Assembly: GCA_002633005.1 (NCBI GenBank)
Contig: NMRA01000209.1
Coordinates: forward strand, 318,569-382,568
Direction: 5' to 3'
Source: Phoronis australis
Lineage: Eukaryota; Animalia; Phoronida
Length of the DNA stretch: 64,000 bases
Shown here: in pieces, positions 24,911-38,251 of the stretch
How the letters are laid out: each line of letters starts with the position of its first letter
Position numbering within the stretch: the first letter of the stretch is position 1
The notes under the pieces: model-generated
Told to the model about the DNA's origin: nothing
Databases searched by the model: none
The model's input: only the letters and a program-made list of their open reading frames with translations
Made by a program: the position numbers and the translations under genes

Positions 24911-27900
24911 CAGCACACATCACGAATTTTTGGCCGACCGGTCGGAAATTGGTCGACGGCCGGCCGTCGACCGGTCGGCAAATTTGCCGACCGGTCGGCT
25001 AAAAATTAGCCGACCGGCAGCCGCCCGCAGTGCCGACTCATAAGGCGACTCCCCAGCCGACCCTTCAGCCGACCCTTCAGCCGACCGGCCATCAGCCGAC
25101 CAACTGGTCGGCTGCTATTTTTAGGCTACAGTAGCAGTTGCGTAATAGGTTGTCAGGCTGATACCACTTTGCGTGTCGATGCATATTCGTCTTAGCACAG
25201 GGTCAAATAAATTAACCTAGTTCCACTGTCTCCGTTGCATGAGTTTACATCGGTTGTGTAACACCAATAATTCGAAGGTTGAAGGCCAGCGGTAATATTA
25301 TTGAATTATGGACAGTGCTACAAGTTTTGTTTAAAAGACGTGAATTTCTTTACATTTGACCTTTAATTTCAATCGTGACGTTAACAAGCTGCATTAGATT
25401 GGCTGCTTCCTGGTCAATACAACTCTGTAGTCATTTTGTAAACGCAGCTAGTTTTGACACTCTTCGCCCACAATTGTTTTTTGTTTGTGATACGCAGTAC
25501 TGCATCTTTTTGCGTTTTTAAAATTCTCCACGGTACTCCTATCACGTGCCCATGATGATGGGATAGTGATTGAGTTGTTACACCGCGAAGAGCTCTCACT
25601 CCGGGGTTTTTATTTTCATATGATTAACCCTTGCCGTACAGAAGCAAACTTCACGGTCCAGAATGCCCTAAGCCCACGGACTTCGATGACTCTAACTTCA
25701 TCATAGGGTTACGATTTCCACGAACTTGGACAGTGACATCAAACACGGAATAGCCACTGTTGAGGCTACAACCAATTCTAGCTTTGCGCATTCCGTTTTT
25801 AGGGCATCGGTGACGTTAAAATCAGCGCTAGTTACATGTATCAGTTCTTCGTTCACGTTGTTCCAAAAATAAATATTTTCTGTCAACAACATATTGACAA
25901 ATTATGTATAATAAAACAATTCTGAACGGGAAGATGTGAATACGTGGTGAAAAGGTATTTGTCTCAACAAGGCATATGTGCGTTAATTTTTTTAAAGCGA
26001 TTGCGATGTCGAAAAAATGATAGAAAATAAACCAAGGTGCAGAATAACTCTTCTGTGCTCGGCTGTAAGAAGACCTACAACAACTTTTTGAAACTGCGCT
26101 CAATTAAAAAAATTCCAGTATGAGAGCGCTTCATAAGAAATGCCAAGCACATACCGCGTTAAAAGACAGCGACGTTGGCGTTTCCGGATGTCCACAAAAG
26201 TGCTTTGAGCAGAGTGTACAAATCTGTTCATTTCGCTTTTCTACACTGACGAATACGCCCAACACGGTGTTTGAAAAAAGTCCACTTTTGAGGGCGTTTT
26301 CAAAAATTAATATGTTTAGTTGATTCATTCAGTTCAGAGTGTCGGTGCCCATTTCTTACATCAAATGTACGCGTGGGCAGAAAACGCATCTGCGTAAAGA
26401 AAGAGATGCGTTTTCAAAACTTTCAGAGCCGTGTGTTGTCAGGACCCTACATTAATAAACATTAGGCCAAGTACAACGCACGTCTTCAAAATTTAGATAA
26501 ACAAAGTTTACGGCAAACTGATTACAGGGTCACTGACTCGGAGCACGTTCTTAGGCATACGTATATTGTAATATCGGTTGAATTATACGTTATAACTGCG
26601 AATAGCACGTACGCGAACAATAAGCCATTCACATTTATATCTGATCACAACTCTCCCCCTGCTTTGAAAACAAACAATCGTGTAGATAATATTCGGAAAT
26701 AACCTGAACTAAAATGATAGGACAAACACTACATACCATACTCCAGATTCTACATTCGAAGACCGCTTTTGTGATGAAGAAACTCCCAACAGAAGAAGTT
26801 TATAATGACATGTCAATAAATATAACTTTTATTTGCCCTGAATATGTACAACTATTTACGCAATCCTTACTACATAAAGACAATTGAATAAACTCATAAA
26901 TTTAACTAAACTTTAAACAAATGATCAGAATTGGTTTCCTTTCATTATGTGTTTATGGAATTTGATATCTGTAAACCGAATTTTAGAACAAATTTTGCTG
27001 CGATGTTGTCATCATCTAATGGGAGATGTCGAAAAATTTCTGAAAGTGGCGCGTGTCACGAATGTACTACTTTCAAAACGACGACTTACATTCTTCGTTA
27101 CCAATGCAGAGAATTACGCACGAAAATGACGTCGGATATTTTTCGCTTAAACGGCAGTAACGGGCAAGGTGAATGTTAATTGATTTTGCATGCAACCCCG
27201 CCGGTTATTAGCTCATGTTGATGCAAGCTTCACGACGAGGTGATGAGCGTAACTATTCGGGCTGTGTGCAATTTCGATGTATGTCAGTGCTCACTACACA
27301 GTGGCATCTTGTTGTATTTTGACTATAGTCTTCTTAGAGCTAGCTGGCTAGATAGGAAGGTTCGAGCTTCGAAACAATTTTTTACTCCGAAAGTGACAAC
27401 AAATTCAGAATAATGATGGATCATGGATGAAAATATAAGCGATCGCATTCTTCCGTTTTCATGCGCCCATGATCTTAATCTCCGAGTCAGCGCTATGTTA
27501 AAACCATTGTTTATGTTGTTCTTAAAATAAACTTTTGTTCTAATGCTGTACTAACACATTAAGAAATTATACAAAAATAAACAAATTTATCTGTGGTAAA
27601 GCGCATTATACAGCGTGATGAAGTGATGATCAAGAGCAATAACAGATGAGCGCGAATAAGTGCTGCTTGTTAAGCATTCCGCGGCATGACAACACTTGAG
27701 GTCGTAAAACAGCCAGCGTTGTATTCTGAAATTTGGCAATTTTACTGTAAAATTTCAAATTTCTTTCTTGTTTTTATGCATAATATACTGTATAAAAAGT
27801 ATCATACTAAGAGACAGAAATTATGCTTCCGCGGTATCACTTAACGTTTGATTTTATCACGCCGTCAGTAATTCAACATAAAATTTACGTTGGTGTAATG

Positions 27901-28263
27901 TCACATATTTGTAGGTTGAGTCGATTTTAACACCTTTCAATAGTTGAACATAAGTTGATAAACCGATGTCAAGACCGGAGTTGCCGCTGCTGAACGAACA
28001 GCGAACTGTTCAATGTTTGTTTGGCCAAAGTTCACCCGCTAAGTCATAAAATGGTAATTGCCGACCAAGGACACGCTTAATCCGAATTGGTCGTCTACGC
28101 TAGGCGACCATTTAGCCGACCCAAGTGCCGACCACAGAGGCGACTCAGCAGACGGCTCCTAGCCGACCGTTGTTGGTCGGCTGCTGGTCGGCTAGACGAC
28201 CGGTCGACGGCCGGTCGTCGACCAATTTCCGACCGGTCGGCCAAAAATTCGTGATGTGTGCTG
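24911..28263. mobile_element. Non-autonomous TIR element with GC-rich palindromic subterminal repeats (EnSpm/CACTA-like), nested in K2
   Basis: Near-perfect TIR CAGCACACATCACGAATTTTTGGCCGACCGGTCGGAAATTGGTCGACG at both ends, flanked by TA. Repeated GCCGACC motifs. The empty site is visible at ~57095-57105. Confidence 0.8.
26060..26448. mobile_element. Harbinger-like MITE fragment
   Basis: gaaaacgcatc/gatgcgttttcaaaa motifs and a gtgtg...aggaccct end typical of non-autonomous Harbingers. Boundaries uncertain. Confidence 0.35.
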
Positions 28264-29992
28264 TACATGTACGTGTCCTCATGGAGTATAACTATTCGAT
28301 CTAAATTGAAACAAATTAGGTTGTTTTTTGGGTGGCATGCTCCTTTAAATATTTCAAAGGCCTCTGAAGATTGCCCAAAGGTCACTTTCTAAAAACGGTA
28401 AGAGTGGCCGATAAACGGTGCTTTTCTTAACACTTTTAGAAATTCCCAGAAGCCAGCACGGGTTCTGACCGGGCTTTGGACTGTATCGGGAGGCGACCAC
28501 GCAGGAGTTTGGTTCACTGCGGTGTGTGCTTCCTAAGGTTGCCTTAATACCCACCCGGGCGATCACCTACATGTACATTTGGGTGGCCACTGCAGTATCC
28601 TGTAGGCCTACTGAGTCGTCACCTAGTGACCATAAACAGTTCTACGTAATGGCTACGATAAAAAAAATCGAAATTTGCAGAGGCCAGCCTGGAACATGAC
28701 TAACGTGATTATGGATTGCATCAGGGGCGACCACGCGGAACATTGCCAGCTTGCATTTATTAAAGTTCAATCTTGGGGTGCCAATGTTGTCTCGCAGTTA
28801 CCACACTGCTAACTGGTAATGTTTGGGTGGCCAGCACCCGGCCGCAGGCGGGCCTGAATTGCTGCAGATATATGTATGAGAGGTCCTTCTGAAAGCTACA
28901 ACAATGTCCAATAAACCGTGCGTTTTTTGAATGGAAGTCATCCGAGTGGCTGCTCCCGACCGACCAGGATGAGTTGGGTGGTCACCCCCGGGCATACATG
29001 TAGTACTTGGAAAGACCTCATTCTGCATCCGACACAAATGACCGATGAACGGCAGTTTTTGGAGGCCGTGTGAAAATATTCAAGTTTAGAGTCAATCATT
29101 TTTGTCTTCATTTCTGCCATTTTCATACCTTTGCACAGTGCCTATCCCAACAGATTTTGGTGTTTATTTTAGTAACTTATGTCTTAATTTCAGTTGTCGA
29201 AAAATACAGAACCAAGGTTGGTGCCATAATCGGTATAATGCATTTAAAAGGAAAAATCTTTGAAATGCAGCCACTTACGTACTTAGACAACCCCTCCCCA
29301 AAAATGCGTGTTTAGTTTTGCATCTTGTGCTATGAAAACCAGACCACTTCTGCCAGGATGAGTTTAAACCATTACATAAGCTGCTTAGATTTAATTCGAA
29401 GTACAGTATGCGAGTTGTTTATTGTGATTGTTGTTACTCATATATCTATATATTAAAACATCTCTTCGGAAGGTCTTTTGATGAAACAGTACGTTATTCC
29501 TTAAGGCGTTCACAGTAGTCAACATATTTTCTGCAACTTTGAAGAAGCTTAATGTTGTGAACCAAAGTTAACATTGACCATTTTAAAAGCCCTTTCGTCC
29601 ACTGGTGTATAATACTCATATACCAGGAAATCAAAAAGTATGATAATGTGCATTTAATGTTGCACTTGCTTTAATTTTTTATTTAATAGCGCTGAGAGGT
29701 TTTGGGTGCGGGAAGATCTTATCTTGCAAATAGTTAAATAGGACGTGGCTAGACGAGGTATCGACAAAGTCTCTTTTCGCTATATGCTGATGACTGCAAC
29801 GACAGTAAATGGCATATTTTCAATGGAAAAGTACTGCACCGACCACAAAAGAGCTACATGCATATTAAAAACGTTACCAATGAAAAAATCATTTAGCCGG
29901 TGAAGTTTACAAACATGACAATGCCACTTAACAATGGGCTAACCAGTAGATTACAATTGTTCGCATAAGAATACAGAAAATAACAGAACAAA

Positions 29993-31223
29993 AACTAGAA
30001 AGATTATTGTCACGGCGTGACAATAACGGACTCTGCGCGTGCGTATTACTGGAATTATTATGGGAAGTTACTGACAGCAACCCGTTTACCAATATGAAAA
30101 AGGAATTCTTTAAAATTGTAGTAGAAATTACATATTAATTTTTTGGTGACCTTTCCTCTAATTAACCTCTTCCGGTGTATTATGAACTCCGATGAGGGAG
30201 TAATTGTTAACTCGATTAAAAGTGTGGTTAATGCTTAATGTTTTACTTTAAGCACTTCAGAATACAAGAAGAATGAAGTGGTCAAACTTTCAGAAGAAAA
30301 GTGCACCTAATGACCCCATGGGTGCACCAAATAACCTGAAAATTTAGAATTCAAACTCAATCACACTTAGTAAACAGGTACGTAATTCTGATGTCTCTAG
30401 CTCAAAATTTTAGTTTGCACTCAATGACTTTGACCTATTTTTTCTGATTGGTTAGGCCTATTGTGAAGTAAAGTAGGGTATTCAATTGGCATGTTGACTT
30501 ACACCAGTGTGCTGAAACTGAAAAGAGATATAACATTTTGAACGTTACATGACCTTTGCACAAATTGACCTTATCCGGTGCATTTTAAGCATCTTTAGGA
30601 GAATTATTGCAAAGCCCATGGAATATGTGTTTAACGCTGAGAATCACAGTTGTCCAACGGTTGACACATCAAATTACTTGCTGATTGAAAAGGTCAAATT
30701 TTCAGAAGAAAAATGCACCTAATGACCTCATGTTTGCACTAAATGACCTGAAACTTTGGATTCCGATTTGATTTACTTGTGGCAATCAGACCTGTCAACT
30801 TGAAGTGTCTAACTCAAAATTTTAGTTTGCACCTAATGACCTTTGACCTGTTTCACCTGATTGGATGACTCGATTACTTAGAAAATTAATTTTTAAATTG
30901 TCATGTTGTCTTATACCTGTGCACCCAATTTGAAAAAGATAGCTTTAAAACTGAAGGAGAATTAGCAGTTTGAAAATTATATGACCTTTGCATCAAACGA
31001 CCTCTTCCGATGCAATATGGAATATGATTATATAACCAATCAAAATTTATATACTGTCAAAAGTCATATGCTGAATTTAAAGACCGTACCTGCACCCAAT
31101 TTGGAGTTATTAAGCCTCAAAGTTGGTCGGAAGAAGAATAAGAAGAAGAATAAGATGAATAAGAATAAAATTGAAGAAAACCCAGGAACAACAGTACTCT
31201 GCGCTTACACGCGCAGAGTAATT
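29993..31223 (+). mobile_element. Helentron/HINE-type non-autonomous rolling-circle element with ~410-bp internal tandem repeats
   Basis: 5' AACTAG, palindrome TTATTGTCAC-ggc-GTGACAATAA (30004-30026), subTIR ACTCTGCGCGT (30030) / ACGCGCAGAGT (31209), two ~412-bp tgacct-rich units, AAG microsatellite, 3' hairpin at 31195-31220. Confidence 0.75.
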
Positions 31224-31895
31224 ACGTAGTTCCGAATTGTATCAACACAACAGACGGCAGCAACTATAACCAACAAGCAAATGGGTTATTAATGTTTATA
31301 GGCAATTGATACCGGTTTGAGGACGGCTTTTTGTTCCGTTTATCAACCGTTGTTACAGACTTCATTACACAACACGTTTCATCGTCACCACGTGGTGACT
31401 CAGCACAGGGGACGGAGGTGGTAACCCAAAAGTCGTAGCCGATCGGCTGTGCACGTTAGGACGAACGCCCCAAAATTGAACTAAACGCAATCTGGTCGAT
31501 GATGAAAGCTCCCGTGTGGTCACCTCACGATACTGCTACACTAGTGCTGGCGTTGGCCACTGCCAATTTCAAAAACTTTAATTTCTAAATCTCAAGAAAA
31601 AATATTGTTTGTTAGCTGCTGCCCCCTTTTAGCTTCAGCATCAATTTCAACAACGCGAACGTGAAAACAGGCGTGTTCTAAACATGCAGAACCATTGTAG
31701 TTTGGGCACAATACATCGTTTCAAGCAAATTAAAGATTTCATGCAAATAGTGAATTGTCTGCGGTAGTCAACCAATGGCACTTGTAAGTACACATCGGAT
31801 ATTAAAGTCAAGTTTTACTTAACTGTAATTTATCTCGTGTATTTCCGAGTACTTGGAAACGAAAGTCAAACAAATATATTCCTGATACTGCAATC

Positions 31896-32056
31896 TCATA
31901 TTGTTATCTTAAATTCACGCATCTTCTCGTAGTACGGCATGACGTCATCAATGTATGCCTTTAGATCCAGAGGGGAGGTGGTTTTCGTGACATCATCCGG
32001 TATCATTACGACGAACCTCTCACTTTTCAGAGCATGTTCAAACCACGGTGCCCAAT
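31896..32056 (-). CDS. Sulfotransferase-like (Sulfotransfer_5 / BCAT-like N-domain) protein, exon 6 (last)
   Basis: Acceptor ctttgttaccag|AT. Encodes DWAPWFEHALKSERF...AYIDDVMPYYEKMREFKITI*, matching the family C-terminal W..W.....S..F / PYYE motif. Confidence 0.85.
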
Positions 32057-32280
32057 CTGGTAACAAAGAGACGGCATATTGTGAGAAGTTTGAATTTCAA
32101 CAGATTCCAGTACTGAGGAAATTGACCTTCCACTGCGAATACCTGCATTCAAGCATGTTAATCCTTCGAACGTCAACCTACCCTACATGCAGAGAGAGTA
32201 TGTTGTTTTCAACCCTATACTTAAATGAACTCATTCTTCATTAAATAAAGCTTTCTTGACAGATTGTGACAAAACTTTAA

Positions 32281-35200
32281 GAGGCAGTCCATATAAAAAC
32301 CAGTAGATTTTCAAAAATCAGTCTATAAGTCAAAATTTAAAACAACAGTACTTCATTTTTGTACATGGGTAGGTATCCTAACAAAAACCCAAATGCCAAA
32401 TTATGTGCACTCAGTGACCCTTAATTTCGCCGCTGGAGCGGCATGATAACACAAATTGGCACAATTGGGCATATTAGCCGTCTCAAAAATTGCATGTTTT
32501 CAGCAACAAAAATGAGTAACATACAAAATAGATCAAAAGCTATATTTTGATGGCTGAAATAACCAACGTATGCTGTGCATAATTCTGTGCCATTTATTAA
32601 AATCTAACAATTTTGTGCTAGACAAGGGAGATAATCCACAGACCACTTTTTGGGACTAATTTGACTGGTCATTTGTGTGACCTTCTTACTGTCATAAAAC
32701 ACCTTGTAGACTTATGTGACGTTTTAAACATACAGTTAAATAGTTAGTCTTGATGACTAAGCAATAAAAAATCTTTCCTCAACTTTGCACTTCAGTGAAA
32801 AATGTCTTGCAAAACTGTCTATTTTCATAGTTTGGAAATGACGAGCAGAGTTTACAGACCGGCCATTTGAACAACCTTTTAGGCAAGAAGTCTGCTTTAA
32901 ATAGTTATAGAAACCAAGTCTAAACTCTTTGAAATGAAAACAATATGTTTTCCGGGTTTATTACGCGGCTAGTATCAAAACTGAACCCCATGATCTTTGC
33001 CCACTGAGGGATTCAATTGAGGTTAAGCTTGAGGATATATAAAAATGTACGTGTAACCCTCTTGTATTCTTTCATTTCTTTTACATTATCAGGTTAATCT
33101 AAACACTGTGTAGAACTTTTAAATGGAAATAAATGCCTTTAAGATTATAGGAGTAAGAATTGATATTTGTAATGACTGGTTTTGAGAGAGAAGCAAGTGC
33201 ATTTTAAAAAGACAAAATGGCGGACGATGGGTAATCATGTTCCTGTAGAGTTTATTCTGCAAAAAACTCGATCACAAAAGCTTTGTGCTTTAGTGAGTTA
33301 TGTCAAAGACACCACTGAACATTTGAGATACAGGAAACTACCTCACAAAGCAAGGCCTGTGCCAGAATACGGACTCGTACTACCCCGAGTCGGGGAATTT
33401 CTGACTTAACAGGACCAGTCATGTAAGAGTCAGGTAATGCTGGATGCTACCACTCTGCCCCTCTCCTGAACGTAGCAGCCTTGTCAAATTCTACCGGCAT
33501 TTCTGTTTCGAGATATGACTTTAGTGAAAGTCAGAATGGAAAGGATCTCTGTGATCGCAAGATCGCTCCACTCAAACAACATGCAAAGTACTTTGTAGCC
33601 GAAGGTAACAATATCACAAACTTTCTGGATTTGAAAGAAGCATGATTACTTTGCAGTGGCCCTGTGAAGGGATGTTATGTGTATGCATGCTGAGTCGATG
33701 CAACAAAGTCTTTTCCAAAATACTCAGTTCCTGCTATAAGCACATTCCCAAATTCCCACTATTCTACTCAAGGAATTCGCGTGTGGAAATCATTCCATGT
33801 AGGTGACGGTAAGTTCTTGCAAATACTGAGAAAATGGGAAAACTATTTCTCTAAAATACACTAACATCTCTAGACATGGCGGATTTTCAACACCAGGAGT
33901 TAAGGTTGGCATTGTATCTAGTGAAGAGCCTCAACAAAATTTCCCTTGTACCAGCAAGGTTACTCGAAATTTTTGCTACAGACGCAGAACTAGGTGAGCA
34001 TTTGGATGTGGGTAACCACACTGAACATTTACAGAGTGAAACCACGTATGACCACATCGCAAGAAAGCGGTCAGAAATGCTCTCAGATGCAAGAACAGGA
34101 GCGTCATTTGAGGCAGCCTCAGAGTACTGTTTGGGTGAGACGAATGCTGAAGCAATATATTAGGCATTGAAAAAAGGTAAAAGGTCAACAAGATTTTCAG
34201 CAAAGGTTAAGAACTTTCTGACGAACATATTCGATGAAGGAGATAAGTGAGGTAAAAACTTTCACCCTCGGAAGGGCCAAAGTGGAGAAAACATTACGAG
34301 AACCCACTGGAAAAGTGTTTACCTGTGATGTTAAGTGAATCGCAGATTGGTGGATTTTTTCGAGGTTGTCTGCAGCAATGTTTATTACGATTCTATTTCT
34401 GCTGAAGATGCTGTTATGTCGTCAGATTTATTGAATGAAGTGGTAAATGAGCTCAACGTTTAGCGTAGTTTTGTAGCATACCACGATGTGTGATATACAT
34501 GTATGAAGTCGAGACCGTTACTTCTGTTTACTTCATGTCTGTTATGAATGAGTCATTAATAAAATTGTCTCTCGTGAATTATTTTCTATTGACTGTGAAT
34601 GTGTACCTTTTTATACCACTGATGATCACACTGGCAGAAATATTCAGCGTTAGGGTGCCCGGTGTGTGAGGGAGAACACCAGATTTGTAGCGACTGGTGG
34701 CGACTAAAATTTGTAGCAACCAGCAGGGATATTACATTATGAACCCAAAGTTAGAATGACAATTGACAAGTTGAAGGATTTTTTGCATTGAACACTAGGC
34801 GGCCATATCCTCCTTGGGTGCCTTCCTTTGCCTGTGGCACGAAAAAGGCAGATAGAAAACAAGGCATGGGGTGATTTCAGTAACACTAGAACCTATCTAA
34901 AAATTATCCAAAGCCATGTGTTCTCATATAAAATGCAGGGCAATATCTCGCGAAGTCTTGAATTATTTCAAGGTCCTCATGTTACTGCTCTTATTTTAGA
35001 TGCTCTTGAGTCTCCACGTAAACAAAAGCAGCGCCATCTATCATTTATAAGCACGCATGCCAGTTGATTTACGTACATATCTTTGTAATAAGCAATAATC
35101 ATCAATGCCGTTTTCAGAGAATGGTAATTAATAATGCTGTCTGCCTTTTCTCCAAAATACAATGTTTTTAGGCCGTGTTTCGCAAGCTAATTATATGTTC

Positions 35201-35760
35201 CAAGAGCCCCCTATTGGCAGAAGAGGCAACTGAGAACATGCAAAAGGACGAAGTGCAGTTCGTGTAATGGTTCGTACGCAAAAACTACATTAGAGGCAAG
35301 ATTTTTCATTTTAGATTATGAATAGGTTAGGAATGACTGAACAAATTATTATGGAGTCAATTTCAGGAAAGGTGCGTTATGGACGCTACAGAGTGACAAA
35401 TTTGGCCGAAAATGGCTTCAGTGAAAACCTAAAAAGTAGCCGTTTTTGCCTCACGAATTCAAAAATAGATGTTGAAAGTTATGTCATTACATTATTCAGT
35501 CATTGGCCTTTCAATTCGTATTATTCGTCTGTTTTGTCCTTACCAAACATGCTAGTAAAATGCATTCAAACATGCCTACTTCGACGCCCAGTTTTGTTGC
35601 AAAATGGAAGTACAGGTCATAAAAAGAAAGATAATGAATGAAAATTCTTAAAAAGTGAGGTTTTTCTACATCTCAACAAACCAAACTCATATGCTTAGTT
35701 TCAAAAAATCGGTGATTTTGGGTATAGACTTTACCTGTTGGTTTTTATATGGAGTCACTC
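32281..35760 (+). mobile_element. Sola3-like DNA transposon (decayed) in the last intron
   Basis: TTAA|GAGGCAGTCCATATAAAAACCA ... TGGTTTTTATATGGAGTCACTC|TTAA. Internal transposase remnant RSGNAGCYHS..SRYDFSESQNGKDLCDRKIAPLKQH (33427-33580). Confidence 0.75.
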
Positions 35761-37415
35761 TTAAGTAGTTGCTGTAAAAAGTTGTCTTAAATAACTAAAA
35801 TACAACATGCAAACGACACAATGCTCTGTCTAGACGGCTCATGTGAGTCACTAAATTGTCGCTTGACCATCTGGACAATTTCACAAATTCTAAGGACATG
35901 GGAAGGATACATTTTGTTTGGAGTGGCGCTTATAAATTTAATAATTTTCGTTTTTTTCATATTTAAATCCTTCATAGAAAGCGTCACTCTTTGCCTTGTC
36001 GGGGATTATTACTATAAGCGCTGATAAGTCTGAAAGTTATAAGGCATTATGAAATAGAAATAATGACTCCCTTGGCACAATTACAGCTATTAAATATCCC
36101 TTGCTACAGTAAAAAGAATTGACGCACACTTGTTGCTTAGCAATCGCCTCCCAGACAAATGATAAAAAGACTTGAACAAGTTTGCTTTGAGTTGGTTCAG
36201 AGAGGCAAATGTAGTAAAACAGAAATGAATTAACAAAAAATGTTTCACTGCGAGGCAGTAAAATGGTGCATATTGCATCCCTCATCAAATCTGTGAAGCT
36301 GGACCGGTTGCACAGACAAACTTATAGACAGTTTTTGGAAAGAATTGTTTTGGCAAAGCTAAACTACTTATTGAGTGCACACAGCTTTTTACGTTTTGGA
36401 GGTACATTCTACCACCACGTTTAAGCAAAGGTACTAGTTTACTTTGGTTTAAAGGGTTTGTTTTTTGCAACGTTGTATGACATATTGGTAATTAAGATCG
36501 ATGACTTCCAGTATGAGCCTATTGGGTATAACAGTATTATAATTATAAAAGCAACAATCTTTTATAAAAGGCGGTATGAAGAAGTGTTACCCATATTTAC
36601 GATTTGCTTGACAAAGACCGAAAGCTTTTTCTTTATAAATCATTTTTGTAATGGGTATGATTTCTCTCCACGCTTTCCTTTGTGCGCATTTTTTCAATTA
36701 AACATACGTTCCAAAAGTATGAAATTTACGATAAGTCTTCCAAACGTCCCTGCAGTGTTAGTATGTTTTACGCGAATAAATGAATATTCCAAATTAATTG
36801 AATGCCTTCACAAAATCAAAACCCATGAGCTGAAGTGAGAATAACAGGTCAACATTATAAAAGCAACCACATGGTGTATACCTGTTTCCTTAATTTTACG
36901 AGTTCAAAGTATTTTCCAGATAAAGTTCCATGCCAAGCAATTAGATCTCCTTGAGTAAATATAGGTTCTAATATTGTTGCCAAATCTGGAAATGCGCAAG
37001 CGCAGGTGCGGTGTGCGTGTGTGGGTCCTTTGTTGTACACCGCTTTCATGTTTTCGATAAGCGTATTAACACTCACAGACTACCGATTGTACCAAGCAGA
37101 GTTGGTCTTAAATCGATCATTGTCTTTGGGAGCTCCCAAAGTCCCAGATTGCTACATGTAGCAAGGTATATCAAGGTAAAAAAGATAACGTCTGCTTTTT
37201 TGTATAGTTGTATGAAAATGTTCAGGACATTTTAAAAGCCAGTATACTAATATCGTTTTTGTCTAAATCACACACACGATAAATGTTTAGGCAAGCACTA
37301 CAACGTCCATCCCACAGAAGTGCAAAGTAAATGTGGAGAGACTGTCAGGATTCTTAAGAACCTCCATTAGTCCCTAGTCTGAAAGGCACGCCTAACTCTG
37401 AAAGTGACAACTTGC

Positions 37416-37517
37416 CATTTAAAAGACTGGCGAAGTTATTATCGTTGCTGTCCCATTCAAGCATGGATCTGTTAAACGTAAGTCCAACCAGGTCACAGTA
37501 TCGACGAAGTACTTTTT
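37416..37517 (-). CDS. Sulfotransferase-like protein, exon 5
   Basis: Acceptor ttctgctttcag|. Encodes EKVLRRYCDLVGLTFNRSMLEWDSNDNNFASLLN. Donor G|gcaagt (GC-AG intron), phase 1. Confidence 0.85.
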
Positions 37518-38251
37518 CTGAAAGCAGAAGAAACGTGAAAGTTACCAAAAAACAGCGTCGCATCTCACTGGACATAATTTATCCCTGAAATGTTGTAAGA
37601 AATATAATATGACCACTTAATAGCCAAATTATGTCAAATAGTGACATAAAAAATTCGAGTATCGCTCACACGTTATCATTAAGCTGGGGCACGAAGTAAA
37701 AATTGAATTGAACACATATTTAAAGAACAAAATGGAAAATGAACTCCAAAAATGGCGTACATGTAACCGAATAAATAACATGTGATTCTGATCAACACTC
37801 AACCTTTGCAAACAAGTGACACTGAACTTGACCAATTTGACATAGCAGCCTAAAAATGTCTCTGTTTTATAGTTATTGACACGATGGCCTCTGACGACAT
37901 GAAAATAGTTCAAAATCGTCAAGATGAAAGAAATGAGGATTTACACCGCTTGACACTGTAATGTACATATCACAGAAAAGTGTTGGATATATAGGTTGTT
38001 GATTGATTCCGGTATCATTAAACGTATGAAAAGGAATTCGATCGTTTTGAAGAAAAACTGTAATTCTTGGGCTTCGTCCTCCAGTGATTTTTTTAAAACC
38101 ACCTCGTTATTATAATTCATTTAATAACGCTGGGATCACCCCCATAACCCATGAACATACAAACAAAAAACAGTTGTAAACTAATTCTGTGGTCATTCAA
38201 ACTTTTGAAATCGTGGCGCTTTAATCCATAATACAAAGAGAGCATAGTCAC

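Larger units (their letters stand above)
23321..28344 (+). mobile_element. Kolobok-like DNA transposon (K2) with THAP-domain remnant, interrupted by a nested insertion
   Basis: Termini (c)GGAGAATGCCACCC ... GGGTGGCATGCTCCT|TTAA. 23498-23690 encodes frameshifted RCIVPACPN..GISFF/RLP..KWF..LRVCGL (THAP-like). The right part matches 56562-57172. Confidence 0.65.

Noticed and set aside
24918-25115. CRISPR-like or tandem palindromic GCCGACC array
   Set aside because: No regular repeat-spacer period and no cas genes; it is the subterminal region of a TIR element mirrored at 28050-28263.
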